Shown: in pieces, positions 38,150-51,920 of the stretch
Layout of the letters: the number at the start of each line of letters is the position of its first letter
Numbering within the stretch: the stretch's first letter is position 1
Assembly (NCBI RefSeq): GCF_001194135.2
Contig: NC_068987.1
Coordinates: 38,240,562-38,304,561, forward strand
Direction of reading: 5' to 3'
Length of the DNA stretch: 64,000 nt
Source of the DNA: Octopus bimaculoides
Taxonomy: Eukaryota
Made by a program: the position numbers and the translations under genes
The notes under the pieces: generated by a model
Databases searched by the model: none
Seen by the model: the letters and a program-made list of their open reading frames with translations, nothing else
What the model was told of the DNA's origin: nothing

Positions 38150-38760
38150 TCAATCATCTTTAATTTTAATTTTTAAATGAGTTTAGACCAATGAATTTTA
38201 TAATCTTGAGTTACATTATCCTGAGGAGTCCAGGTAGTAATCATTGGGAAAGCCGCTCCTTGGGTTGGCTACCACCTCATTGGTTTCACAATGGTCTTCC
38301 ATTGGGCATTTGTTGTAGTCTCTGCATGAGCATCCAACCTCCACTTGTGGCTTAGGGCTGTTTGTTGACAAGAATGATCTTACTATTGGGGCCGCAGCTA
38401 AAAGAGACCCTTAAGTTGTATCTGGTGAAAATGCATCCATACCTATGTGAACATGTGAAGTGTTTATCTACTAGCCTAAGGAATATCCTACCTACACTCA
38501 TTTTTACATTGAGAGAAAGAGTGGAGGAAAATAATATTTCTGCAGCACTTCTTTCTGCGGGTGTCAGGGCCCAGCATGTAGATGTGGTTCCTAAACCCAC
38601 TAGGTGCCTCCCTCAATCCGGGGAACATCCTTCACTCCAGGACAGAGGTCTTTGGACACTGCTTGCACTTCAGGAAATTCCTGCTAGCATGGTCAATGAA
38701 CAGCTGTCAAAGGGAGACAATCCCTTATTGTTGACAGTAAGGTTTTAGGGTCTGAAGAAA
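38150..38760 (-). mobile_element. Penelope-like RT / GIY-YIG linker fragment
   Basis: SLNVKMSVGRIFLRLVDKHF..HRY..IF.R.NLRVSFSC.PN.K.I followed by CSCRDYNKCPMEDHC. Confidence 0.75.
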
Positions 38761-38836
38761 TGCTGTAAAGCTAAGCGCTTTATGCATATGAAACTCAGGA
38801 TAACCCTATAGATTAGCCATATCTATCTTTATTTAT

Positions 38837-38880
<44 letters not shown>

Positions 38881-39041
38881 ATGTACACGTGTGTGTATGA
38901 ATGTATGTGTATGTATGTATATGTGTGTGAATGTATGTATGTGTATGTGTGTGTACATGTGTATGTATGTGTATATGTATATATGTGTGTACATGTGTTT
39001 GTATATGTATATGTGTGTACATATGTATGTATGTGTGTATG

Positions 39042-39076
<35 letters not shown>

Positions 39077-39125
39077 ATACATTTGTGTACATGTGTGTGT
39101 GTGTGTGTGTGTGTATGTATATATA

Positions 39126-39980
39126 CAGGGTGATTGAAAAGTAACTCCCTATTTTAAAATACTTACAATTTCTAGAAAAGATGAATATGTGAAGAAAGCA
39201 GATAACATGGAGTTTTATTTAAAATTCAATTTAGGCACCAGCATTCACCACCAACTTCTCAAGCCACCTGGGAACAGCATCAACTGATTTCATCAAGGAC
39301 TCTTGTGGGATGAAAGACATAACTTCTTGTATTTGCCCTTCGAGTTCTTCCAAAGTCATTGGTTTGATAGAGTTGACTTGCTCCTGTAAACAACCCCAAA
39401 GAAAAAAGTTGCAGGGTGTTAAATCCAGGGCTTCTAGCTGGCCAATCATGTGGACTTCAATGACCCAGCCATCTCTTAGGGAAGTGGGCATTCAGTTATT
39501 CATGAACAACCATAGCAAAATGCAGAGGAGTGCCATCTTGCATAAAAATCAAATCTTCTGTATTCTCTGAAGTAATGATATCTGGCCAGATTTCATCTTG
39601 CAGCATGGTGATATACCTTTTAGCATTCATGGTATTGTAAAGGATGAAAGGACTCACAATCTTGTCATTCCTAGTCAAACCACACCATACCATTACCTTG
39701 GGCCAATTCTGCATTTTTTCAGAGGTAATAGAAAGATCTTCTTCTGCTCACTAGTGGCAGTTGTGCTGGGTCACAAACCCACCAATGTGGAAAACACATA
39801 TTTTTAAAGAGATCAGACCATGTTTGTTGGGTTTCTAAATTTCAAACAAGATAATCGATCAGAAAAAAAAGCAGCAGCATAGAATCATTTCCCATACATT
39901 AAAGGATATACACAACAAAAAAATTGAGAAAAATAATTTATAAGTATTTTAATATACGGAGTTACTTTTCAATCCCCCTG
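39126..39980 (-). mobile_element. Non-autonomous DD41D (rosa-like) Tc1/mariner element, 855 bp
   Basis: 40-bp TIRs cagggtgattgaaaagtaactccctattttaaaatactta (3 mismatches), TA on both sides; after repairing one +1 frameshift, QD..WPARSPDLTPC(N)FFLWG gives 41 residues between catalytic positions. Confidence 0.9.
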
Positions 39981-40237
39981 TATATACACATATATGTGTG
40001 TGTGTGTGTGTATATGTGTGTGCATATGTGTATGTATATATACATGTGTGAGTGTATGAATATATGTGTGTGTATATGTGTATATATGTATATCTGTGTA
40101 TATGTATATACATGTATGTGTATGTATGTTTATATGTATGTGTAAATGTATATATGTGTGTGTGTATGTAAGTATATATATATATGTATGTATGCATCTA
40201 CGTGTGTATATGTGTGTGTGTGTGTGTATATATATAC

Positions 40238-40269
<32 letters not shown>

Positions 40270-40699
40270 ATCAGGGATGTGCCACCTAGGTAGGCAGTGC
40301 CTACCTTGAATTATGAAGGTTACTGATTACTAGGCATAAAATGCAAAATATTTTTTTTCTATATTGGGTAGGTATATTTATATATATGGATGTATGTATA
40401 TATATATTTATATATATGTGTGTATATATGTATGCATATATACTTATATATAGATGCAGTAAGACCATTTCCAGCAGCTCCATATTTGTTAATATATATG
40501 GATGTATGTGTGTATACATATATATATTTATATATTTGTATCTTTGTATATATATATTTGTATGTATGTGTATATATATAGATGTTTATATATATATGTA
40601 TGTGTGTATGTGTATATATATAGATGTTTATATATATATGTATGTGTGTATGTATATATATATATATTTATATTTATGTATGTGTGTATATATACACAC

Positions 40700-41923
40700 A
40701 CATGTTAGAAGTAAATGGACACCCTATAAAACATCGTTTCCTGTTTCTTTTGATTTGTAAAGGTTTATATTTCTTATTAATTGACATTTTTATGTTTCAG
40801 ATTCTATATGTGACTGTTCAATCATGCCATGTACAAAAGAGGCCTAGGAACTGTCTGAATTTCAAAGAGGCCGTATTGTGGGTCATTCTGAAGGTGGATA
40901 TAGTCAGCATAAAATCGCAGAAAACCTTGGGATCCCACCTTCTATAGTTAATAGTGGTTGTGCAATTCACCAGAGAGGGGAGGGACTCCACATCACCTTG
41001 CCCAGATAACCAGGGCCCTCTGACTGGACCTTTATCTTTGCTAAGAGAAGTGTGGAGGACAATCCTCATTGTAAGATCTCTGACATAGCAGAGCAAGTTG
41101 ATGTCAGTCCCAGAATAGCTGTCAGATATCTCCACAAATTTGGTAACTATGGCAGACCAAGAAGAAGGAAGCCACATCTTTGAGCAGCCAATAAGAAGTG
41201 GAGGAATGATTGAGCCAGTGAGATTGCGGCAAAGCCATTAGCATTTTGGGACACTGTCATAATCTCTGAGGAGTCCAGATTTGCTGTATTTCCTAACAGT
41301 GGTCTAGTGTGGGTCTGGAGACTCTGTGATCAAGAAATTGATGCCAAAAGATTGCAACCAGCAATGAAACACAGCAACTATTCTGTGATGGTTTGGGGAA
41401 CCATTTGGAGCAATGGTTGATCAGAGCTGGAGTGTGAGGGAAAGATGAACTCAAATATGTGTCCATATTGCAGAAAGGACAAGTTCCAAATTCTCCAATG
41501 GTGAAATGATTAAAGAAGGCTCTCTATTTATGGAAGATAGGACTCCTTGTCACACGGTTAAAATGACCCAAGATTTGTTGGAAAAGAAATCTTCCATACC
41601 TAAGCCAGTCACCAGATATGAACCCCATAGAATATCTCTGGGGCATAAACAACAGGACATTTCATAAACAGAACAAGAAAGCATCTTTAAAGCCAGATCT
41701 TTTGAGATTATTGCATGAAACTTAGAAAGAAATTCTAAAAGAGAATTTTCACCATCTGATCAGTAACATGCCTAATACGGCCCTTGCATTGAAAAATGCA
41801 AAAAGCAAGTCTACTAAATATTGAATGTTCACATTATAACAACTAACAAATAATTCGAATGTATAATTTCAGATTCAAATAAATTTTAATGATTATATGG
41901 GCGTCTATTTACTTCTTTCATGT
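40700..41923 (+). mobile_element. Tc1-family element, pseudogenised
   Basis: TIRs acatgttagaagtaaatggacaccc / gggcgtctatttacttctttcatgt; translation [49 protein letters not shown]. Confidence 0.88.
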
Positions 41924-42097
41924 CTGGGTTTATGTATGTAAGATATATGTGTAATTATATGTGCATATGTAAGTATATATACATATATATATGTATTCAT
42001 ATATATGTATACATGTATATGTATGTATAAATATATATATATGCATATATATGTATATATATATGCATATATATGTATATATATATATATGTATCTA

Positions 42098-42138
<41 letters not shown>

Positions 42139-42380
42139 CTATATAAGCTGTAATTTTTTGTATAATTATATATTGTTAATATAACAATACATAAAAAAGG
42201 GCTAGAGTTGAAGTGCTCAGCATGAGCTAGAATTCACATTATAGTAAGAATGGATACATAAGGGTGGAAGACCACAGGAACAATACTGGATATCCAACGA
42301 AANNNNNNNNNNGGAAGACCACAGGAACAATACTGGATATCCAACGAAAGATTCAATATATGTGTGTGTGTGTGTGTGTG

Positions 42381-42455
42381 TTAGACACTCCCTTCATCAG
42401 GATGTTCGTTGTCCTCTTTCTGTACAACGAACATCCTGATGAAGGGAGTGTCTAA
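42381..42455. repeat. Perfect 32-bp inverted repeat with 11-nt loop
   Basis: ttagacactcccttcatcaggatgttcgttgt (42381-42412) / acaacgaacatcctgatgaagggagtgtctaa (42424-42455). Confidence 0.95.
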
Positions 42456-42515
42456 TTTCTAATATGTGTACTACACCATGTTAATAGACACATCTCAGAA
42501 ACGGTCCATAGATGT
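42431..42515 (+). ncRNA. Minimal type I hammerhead ribozyme (Penelope-type)
   Basis: Stem I ACATC/GATGT, canonical CTGATGA (42436-42442), stem II gtgtcta/tagacac with mismatched base, GAAA (42498-42501), cggtcca, TA (42509-42510). Confidence 0.7.
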
Positions 42516-45029
42516 ATACTTTTACATTACCTTTGTATTGTACGTTTTGTTTTTTTTTTCCTCTCTGATATAGTATATATACACATCCTGTCCTAATGTA
42601 CACGTTTTTAATATAATACATGCAAATATATAATTTCACATCAAATTGTATCATATCGTATATATTTACCCCTTATATGTTAAATCATACTGTACGTTTA
42701 TATATTGTAATGTATTATCTTAAATTGTCATATTTTTATACAACTCGGAAACTATGCATGTTTATAAATATTTTTAAATAAATATTTTAAACATTCATGA
42801 TATTTCTAAAGTTTATATCGTTGTATATGCCTTTTTACTTTATTTTACCCTACTTTTTACACATTTAAGAGACTGAAAACTATAAATTTATTTATTGATT
42901 CTTAAAGGAATTGAACACACACACGCACACACACACACACACACNNNNNNNNNNNNNNNNNNNNNNNNNNNNNNNNNNNNNNNNNNNNNNNNNNNNNNNN
43001 NNNNNNNNNNNNNNNNNNNNNNNNNNNNNNNNNNNNNNNNNNNNACGTGTGGATCATGATATTGAGTAAGGATTCCATAAGCTGAGTATTCCATCAGCAG
43101 AGAGGGAGAAGTCATAGAAATGAAGAAATACCTCCTATCGGTGATACTAGTACTTTCCACTTTGTCAAAAATGAAGAAGGATCAGAAAGAAATAGATATG
43201 CTTTACACAGTTCCATGATCGAATAAATAATAAAATTGTATTAGCAGTTTCAGTGGTGAATATTTGATGATAATTCATGGTAAAGGATAATGTTAGTTAC
43301 CAGTTGCATTTTTGAATAGAGAGTGAATTAGGTTTGTGCAGGAATTATATACTACAGTGTGATGGAAAGATAGAATGGTAGACGCACTAGAGTAGATATA
43401 TAGTAATCAGTATTGCAGGGCATGTTTGGTGAAAGAGGTTAGGGATGTTTGCAAACAGACAGAAAGATAAGTGACAGAAAATAGCAGGTGTCATATACTC
43501 TCATCTGATACCTTACCATCAATGTTGACCAGAGTCATGAGATAGCAACAGTAAGTTCTCGAATTATAAGCCCCAACTACAGTGAGCATGATACAACTGG
43601 GGGTGAGGGGAGATTTGGGGGATTGCTCAGTTACATTGGTACTAGAAATAGATGCCAATAATATCAATCAAAATTTTTAAAATGTGTAATTGTAGTGGAA
43701 GTGTATACTCATTGGGAATAGCTGAATAAGAAATAAAAAATTTAAAACATAAAAAAAATAAGATATTTTACTAAGTTCCAGCAGAGTGAAACTATAGGGC
43801 CCAGGGATGAAACAAATATAGTAATAATGGACACTAGACAATAGATATTTTATAAGTAACTCGGTAAAGAAATCTGGTAAATTAAATTAATTAAATATAT
43901 TATGACCCAGTGTATAATTCCATAACTGGTTGAAGAGAAGGCCTAGTGGTGTTCAATTAAAAACAATAGAGTTGCAACTGAGTAGGTATTTGATTAATTA
44001 TAATCCAGGTTGGATGAGTAAATATGAATTAAGGGAAAAATGAGAATCTATGAAATAAAAAGATAAAAGGATATGATGATAATGTAGATGTACTGATTTT
44101 ATTGAGTTTATGTATCTAAATTATATATCACTGAGAATCAAAAGTAGTTATTTAACTACAATTAGATTTATGGTAAAATTTAATTGATTTTAAAAATTTA
44201 TAAACACACATAGAAAAAGCTTCATGTTGCTTATTCAATAATAATGTAGAGTTGTGTAGATTGTATAGATTCCCACAAACATAACCAACATGGACATTTT
44301 GGTATGGAATGATGGACCAAGCTATATAATGTGTTGTGTTTTTGTTTTGTTTTTTTTACCTAAGGTTGTGTATATGTTCTGTAAGAGAAGTAGATATACC
44401 ATGTGTTTTCTTATTTCAATGAGTTTAAATGCACAGGGTATTTTTGCTTGAAATTAAAAGTAGCTCCATTATGTTACTCCAGTCTACCAGGTGAAAATAT
44501 GTATTAGCCAACTGTGCTGCCATGCTCTCTCCTTTTTGACAAACATATTCGATGTTCCGCTGGATCAAGATTGTTAGGTCTTGGCTGATTGTTTGTCTGC
44601 TTAAGACTACAAAAGTACACAAAACAATTAGCGAAAATGTGATATATGCTACTTGATCATACTCACTTTTGAATAATAGCTTAGCTTTTGTTTTCACATG
44701 CAAATATATATTTATATGTGTATGTATTTGTATATGAATACACATTTATTATTTAATGTGATAATGATGATATATATATATATATATATGGTGGGATGAA
44801 ATGGGATGGGTTGAACAAATTTCTTTAAGCAGTTCTTTACAGCTGGATGCTCTTCCTGCCACCCTGAATCATAGACACAAAGCAAACGAATATAATAATT
44901 TATTTTATTTGCTGAGTCTTGAGGAAGAGACAGTACCTCTGCCTTCACATAGTTGCTCAGTGACTTGTGAGATTGATGCCATTTATGTAGAAAAGTCTTA
45001 AACAGAGGGAGTTCCAGAGGGCCAATGGA

Positions 45030-45200
45030 AGGACTTGGTGTAGTGATTAGTGTAGTACCTGGGAGAATTGGACACAACAATGGTGATGTGAAAAAGAGAG
45101 ATGAGTGAACTGAGAATGCCTGAGTAGAAATGGCATGAGCCCAGCCAGCTCCAAGAAGCAACAGTCATCATAGCATCTGTAAAAACTGCAGAGTGAAATA
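45030..45200 (+). mobile_element. Possible very degenerate RLE-type LINE C-terminus
   Basis: VISVVPGRIGH..LQEATVIIAS loosely resembles the VPVVIGALG..LQ.AV motif seen at 15168-15443. Confidence 0.3.
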
Positions 45201-45545
45201 CAAAATTTGGCAAGAGAATGGAAGATTTCTGTGAGAGACTTTATGTCAATCATTTGTATGACCTGCTGTTGGATACAGTTTAGGATATCTGTGTGTGTGT
45301 GTGTGTGTAGCAGCAGCACTTGTTTTAAAATATTCATTTTAATATGCATGTTAAGATATTCAGTTATAATTTTTGTAAGAATCTTCAGCATTATGTTCCA
45401 TACACTACCTTAATATACTATTTACTGGTTTAAAATTCACTGAAACATAGGCATTATAAGTCATAAGACATACGGTTACCAAAATGTAAAACTAGGTTGG
45501 TATATAAGTTGAGTAATGTCCAAATATTAGATGTACACATATACA

Positions 45546-45734
45546 CTTTTACTTGTTTCAGTCATTTTGATTGTGACCATACTGGGGCACTGGCTTTTAG
45601 TTGAAGAAATCGACCCCAGGACTTTGTAAGCCTGATACTTATTCTATCAGTCTCTTATGCCAAACCGCTAAGTTACAGGGACGTAAACACACCAAGATCG
45701 GTTGTCAAGTGATGGTGGAGGGACAAACACAAAT

Positions 45735-45781
<47 letters not shown>

Positions 45782-45923
45782 CAACACCAAATCCACTCAC
45801 GAGGCTTTCGTCGGCCTGAGGCTATAGCAGAAGACACTTGCCCAAGGTACTACATAGTGGAACTGAACCCGGAACAATGTGGCTGGGAAGCAAGCTTCTT
45901 ACCTTGCAGCCACACCTGTGCCT
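45546..45923 (-). mobile_element. Full-length SINE family 1
   Basis: Reverse complement of the family 1 consensus from head to tail. Confidence 0.9.
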
Positions 45924-48819
45924 ATATATGTACAAATTATTAATGGAGCACTGACAAATCATTTGGTGAATATAAAGGCAATCTGATAATTTTATAACCT
46001 CATTTACAAGTGCAACTTCAACAGAATTTAAGCCACAATTTCTTTTAGAAACACTGTGAACTCTTTCATCTTTTTGCTTAAATATCACAGCCTATTGTCA
46101 ACTCAGTAGCTTATAGTTTGATTGCTTGTGTGTGGCAAGTATCAGTCCTCTATTAATATTATGGAACCTCCAGAATACAAAAGAAGAATTCTTTACTTTT
46201 AAATTAAATTATTTATGCATGAATCAACAAAGGAAAGTGACCTGAAGATTGTAAGTTTCAAATTTGCAGTATGAGAATAATCAATATTAGAAGGCATATT
46301 TCATAGGCAGCTGATATAATCTGACAGAAATCTTACTGTTTTTATGAATCCAGCTTGTTATATGATTACTTTGCATGCAAAATATAATTAGTTATTGACA
46401 TTATAAGTATATCTTGCTGTATATTCAACTGGGATACTATATCACAGCAGGTTTTAGAGTTGTGCTAACCCTATGATATCATTTTCATAGTCAGAGACTT
46501 TTGTTTTAATTTGAAATTTATCTTTAGTGTGTTTTTCTTCTGCAGTTAGTTCTCCATATTCCTTTTTATCTCAAGCATACTTTTTCAGTTTGCATTACAT
46601 ATTCATATTAGTTCAGTTATTTGTCGGTAATCAAATCATCTCCACTGATAGATCTTATCTCTATACTTGACTGCCAAGTATCTCCACTGTATTCCAGACT
46701 CAAAACTGCCTGAGTCAATCTCATTTATCTTCACAATGGCTGCCAACAGTCTTTAATCAAGCACAATTAGACTAGTTCACAATATAAATTTAAAAATTTC
46801 TTCCATTTGACAATGTAGTGTAGTCAGTCAGAGAACATGCTAATGTACAACATATCCATGTTGCAATACATTTGAACTGATTCCAGATACTTTATTGACT
46901 GTTTACTTACCATACACTGTCACAGAGCTAATGAGCATATTCAACAAAAATAATAACTACAGCTGGTACCACCTCAGTTTACATTTAATCTTTTCTTCAA
47001 ATATCATACTTTACACTTCATTTTATTCTATAATTTTTTTCTCATCTCCCAATCTTTGTCACCTCAGTCCATATTTCTGGTACATTCTACAGCACAGACT
47101 GTATCTGGGAGAAAGAATTCCTGTTGTTGTGGTTGTTATTATTTAATCCCAGGTCAGATCTGATTCAGCAAAACAATTATCAAAACCATTCTGTAACCGT
47201 CTCATCTTTTTATATATCTAGGACTACATTGTCCTTTTAGTAAGACAGAAATGGATGACCTGAGGAAATTCAGTTGCTATTTCTAACAGATTAGTCAACC
47301 ACATAGAAGTCATCTTGTTGGCTCAAAATTCCTTATTTTAATTAACTGTGACAGGAACTCTTCCACCTCTTCCCATAGAATACATTTTGCAAACCATATG
47401 ATGTCTTCTGTATGTGTATATGCAGTTAACAGTTTCAGCATGAGTTCCTGGGAGTGTATATTTCTTATGCATATTATCAATGTTCACATATTTTGAATTT
47501 ATTCTGGCTGGATAGGTGGTAAGATCAATAAAGAGTCATGCTTGCAATTTCACAGTTCAAACTGTTGTTTGTGCATGCAAAGGAAGAAGGAAATTTCCTT
47601 GATGTTCAACATGTCAGCTATTACACATGGTTTTTAGCTAAGGCTGGATATACTGATAAAATTGAGTCCATTTCCAATAAGCAAGTTGTTATTCCCCCTA
47701 GGGTTGATTTGCTGTATTCCCTAGCATGTATGCTGATAATACTTTAAATCTTAATTACAATAACAATTGAATTCATTGTGGCTTCAACACCATTGATTAC
47801 ATGGTCAAGCATGTGTCTAGCTTGAGTGGGAATTGTTATAAAATTAATGTGGGAAAAACAGTCCCCATTGACATTAATAAGAGCATTTCTCTAGTTAAGA
47901 ATGTAACTGACTCAAGTACACTTAAAACTTATCTCCAGAACCAAAATCCATACACTTGTAGATGGAATGACCATCCTATAGCTAATATGAGTAGCAGGAT
48001 TAAATGTCAGAACACTAAGCTTAATGATAATCACAGCACTGGAAACTCTTATTCTATATCAGATTAGATTATTCACTACAGTAATAATAATAATAAAATG
48101 CATAGGTTATGTAAGCATAATATTTTATGGCTTAACTCCTCTTCTGACTGCAAGTGGCCGCATTGTGTAAGCCTGCAATTTCTGAGCATTAGAAAAGCAC
48201 TTTCTAGTTAAATATTAATTATTTCATAAGCACACTTAGATTTATGTAATTCACCATATCTAATTTAACTGATAATATAGTCTTTATAAATAAGAAGAAA
48301 TTAAATGATATTAAAAATTACACCCACAATTCTAATTGTCCTGTTAGGTTGTCTTTATCTAGCTCCTGTGTTAATAATAAATCTTAATCTACTATTGATT
48401 TTGTGCCTCCTTCTAACAATAACTTTAGTAACAATACAACCAATAATTTTTGTGTATCTGTAGGGATTGATATAATTGCACTTTGATTAACTAGTGCATC
48501 ATCATCATCATCATTTAACATACCTCTAAACAAATTTAGTATATAAATCTTCTGTCCAGACACCCAATAAAGTATATTGTTATATGAGTGCTACAGTATC
48601 AAAATTCAAGTCATGACAGTTATCACATGCATTTTTCAATGATAGACACAATTTACATAATTCATCATTAGCAAAATTTACCTAGGACCTTGAAAATAGA
48701 AATATTGATTACTCTATTTCATGGTCAATTTTACAGACAGGATTTCATATAAAGTGAGTGGAAGTAGTTGTACTTTAATTTACATAGAGGTAAGTGCCAT
48801 GGACCAAATCTGTGGCTGG

Positions 48820-50140
48820 TGCAAAGTCCCTTCCAGTCCTAGGGTAATGTGGTGGTAGACCAATGCAGTAGACAGGGCCATTAGAGCAAATAAACAGCCC
48901 TGGGGGTAGCAGGGAACTGTATCAGAAAACCAGAAAGGAAGTTAGGAGACGTATATATAGCCAAGAGAGAATCAGAAAAGAAGTTTACCAATGTTCAGCG
49001 ATGCAAGGACCAAAGAACTGACGTATTTCCGATTGCAAGACCATGTGTGAGAGAAAATTGTGATGCCATAGGAGAGAAATGTGTCCACATGGATGATGGT
49101 GCACTTGCACTTAATGATTCTGCAAAGAAAGAGGCTTGGAGACGCCATTATGAAAGACTGCTGAATGTGGAGAATGAATGGGAGAAGGAGAGCCTGCCAA
49201 AGGTTGACCTAACTGAGGGACCAGCTACCCAAATCGACAGTACCCTGGTAGATAAAGCAATTAAGGATATGAAGACAGGGAAAGCCCCCAGCCCATCAGG
49301 AATCTCCACTGAGATGCTTAAAATATCTGGTGGTGTGGGTTATGGTCTAGTCACTTGTATCATAAATTAGGTAGTACACAAAGGAGTCATACCCAATGAC
49401 TGGTGTAGCAGCACCATAGTCAACTGCTACAAAGGTAAAGGTGATGTTTTAGATAGAAATAACTACAGGGGTATCAAATTGCTGGATCAGGTGATGAAAG
49501 CCACGGAGAGGGTCATAGCCCAACTAATTAGGGAGAGAGTTAGACTAGATGTGATGCAGTTTGGTTTTGTATCAGGTAGAAGCACCACTGATGCTGTATT
49601 TCTAGAAAGACAACTTCAGGAGAAATATCTAGCCAAAGATAAACCTCTGTACTTGGCTTTTGTTGAGAGAAAGCCTCTGACAGGGTCCCCCGATCTCTTA
49701 TCTGGTGGGCAATGTGGAACTAGGGATAGTTGAGTGATTGGTTAGAGCTATACAAGCCCTGTACAGGGATGCTGTCAGTAAGGTGAGGGTTGGCAATGAG
49801 TATAGTGAAGAATTCTGGGTAGAAGTAGGGGTTCACCAAGGATCAGCCCTCAGCCCCCTCTTATTCATCATAGTCCTCCAGGCAATAACAGAGGAATTCA
49901 AGACAGGCTGCACCTGGGAGCTCCTGTAGGCTGATGACCTTGCTCTAATAGCTGAGTCACTACCAGAACTAGAGGTGAAGTTTTAGGTGAGGAAGCAAGG
50001 TCTAGAATCGAAGGGCCTTAGAGTTAATCTAGCGAAAACCAAAGTAGGAAGGCAGACAAATCATAAATCCATTCAGGTAGATGGCTCTGCTCAATCTGTA
50101 AAAATGGCATAGGTAGAAACTCTATAAGTTGTTCACACCA
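48820..50140 (+). mobile_element. RTE-clade LINE, RT region pseudogene
   Basis: KTGKAPSPSGI..NYRGIKLL..QFGFVSGRSTTDA..GVHQGSALSPLLF..ELL*ADDLALIAES (YADD mutated to *ADD). Confidence 0.92.
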
Positions 50141-50164
50141 ATTTAATAAAACCTTTCAAAGATG

Positions 50165-50445
50165 ATTCTGGGTTCAGTCCTACTGCATAGCACATTAGGC
50201 AAGTGTACTATAGCTTCAGGCTGACCAAAGCCTTATGATTGGGTTTGGTAGACAGAAACTGAGTGTGTTCTCCACCAGTTTGACAACTGGTGTTGTTGTG
50301 TTTATGTCTCTGTACCATAGTGGTTCAGCAAAAGAGACTATAAGTTGCAGGCTTTAAAAAAAAAATGTACTGGGGTTGATCCATGCGACTGAAATTCTTC
50401 AGCTATCCATAGTTTAATGACTGAAACAAGTAAGAGATAAAAGAT
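50165..50445 (+). mobile_element. SINE family 1 abutting the truncated 3' end of the LINE
   Basis: ctgggttcagtcc..ggcaagtg..gtttaatgactgaaacaagtaagag. Confidence 0.8.
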
Positions 50446-50869
50446 TATATAAAATTAGATACTCGTTTCTAATACTGAATTCAATTTTTACTGTTCCTAT
50501 TACTCTCCTCTAATCCACACTTATAATTTTGCAGCCCCTTCTAATCTTTTTATAAAGATGTTAAATACTTTCTCGAATATTAATTATCTACTTATTATCT
50601 TGTTCCAAATTATCTTAATGATTCCCACTTCAGTCTTTCACTTTCTTGTATAACCATGTACTGATTCAGTATATTATAATACTTTTATTATTTTATTTTA
50701 TTATATTAGTGTATTATTATATCTTGACTATAATTTGACTTGGTATTTTCAACTTCATCGGATGTTAGTCAGCTGCATTAGTTGTGCATCCTTACACAAT
50801 CTTTCTACTTTCCCATCTATCTTTTCTTCATCATTCTTTTATACATTTTTTATCTCCTTATCTCTCTCA

Positions 50870-50910
<41 letters not shown>

Positions 50911-51244
50911 GGTTCTCTAGATATACCCATTCCCCCTAATTGATGCCTCTTTGGGAATATTTTTGTGTTTGTTGTTACCCACATTTGAATACCTTCCACT
51001 TAGACAATCTACTACAGTATCCACCATTTGTCTCATCTATGTTTCTATCCCTAGTATCACTATCACTATTGTCTAATTGTATATGCACCTTTCAGTATTT
51101 GTCCCTGCCCCCATGCTTTGCAACTGATGTTTGTTTTTCTACATCCCCATAATATTGTGGATCAACAAAAGTTGACCAATAGGATAAGTACCAAACATAA
51201 AACCCTTCAAGGTGGTATCCCGGCATACATACATATATACATAC

Positions 51245-51482
51245 TCTTATATCCTTAAGTTTGGATATAGACTACACTGTAACAGTGTTATAACACTACA
51301 AAAAATAAATCAGTAACAAACACATGACAAATTTATCTCTTCTCAACAACTTCTACGACTGCCTTTACGAAGGCAACTGCACACACCACACTGTACATCC
51401 ACTGTCAGTACGCATGCACCTTTACAAGGTTTAGAACAGTTCACTTGCTATCCTGCAGGAGTATCAGGATTTCACCACAACA
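51245..51482 (-). repeat. 3' LTR
   Basis: Begins TGTTGTGGTGAAATCC on the minus strand directly after the PPT aaaaggggaga (51483-51493); aligns with 54999-55246. Confidence 0.92.
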
Positions 51483-51920
51483 TCTCCCCTTTTGAGCTTG
51501 ACTTTCCTTGGAAGTCAATATTTTTCTTTTATTCATTATATATTTATTACCACCTCCTCCCTCTTTTCGTTTACTTAATTCCCTAGGAAGAAATTGGAAT
51601 ATTTTTTCGTTTTGGCTCTACTTGCAAAAGTTCTGTTTGTTTTCTTTTCCTAGTCATTGTACTCAGTTCAACAATTCCTTGAGGTACCGGGACATCAAAA
51701 ATGTCATAAAGAAATTCCATTGGTTCTTCTTGTCTTATTCTTTCTTCTGTAAACCGTTTTTTTCAGTTGGTTTAAATGTCTTTTGTGTTCCCACATATAA
51801 CATTTTACTATGTACATTATTTTTCCTAAATGTTTACTTATTATACCTTCTTCCCAAGTTTCTTTTCTATTTCTGTATATTTTAAAAAAAGCACTTTGTC
51901 ACCAATTTTGAATTATTTTA

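Noticed and set aside
38829-40760. Many His/Thr/Tyr- or Cys/Val-rich ORFs (also 21919-22245 and 28212-28641)
   Set aside because: They are translations of (CA)/(TA)/(TG) microsatellites, which lack stop codons
42266-42349. 37-bp direct repeat ggaagaccacaggaacaatactggatatccaacgaaa
   Set aside because: The copies sit on either side of a 10-N gap, which is typical of a contig-overlap artefact
47801-48067. 88-aa ORF in non-repetitive sequence
   Set aside because: No recognisable motif or splice signals; the length is expected by chance
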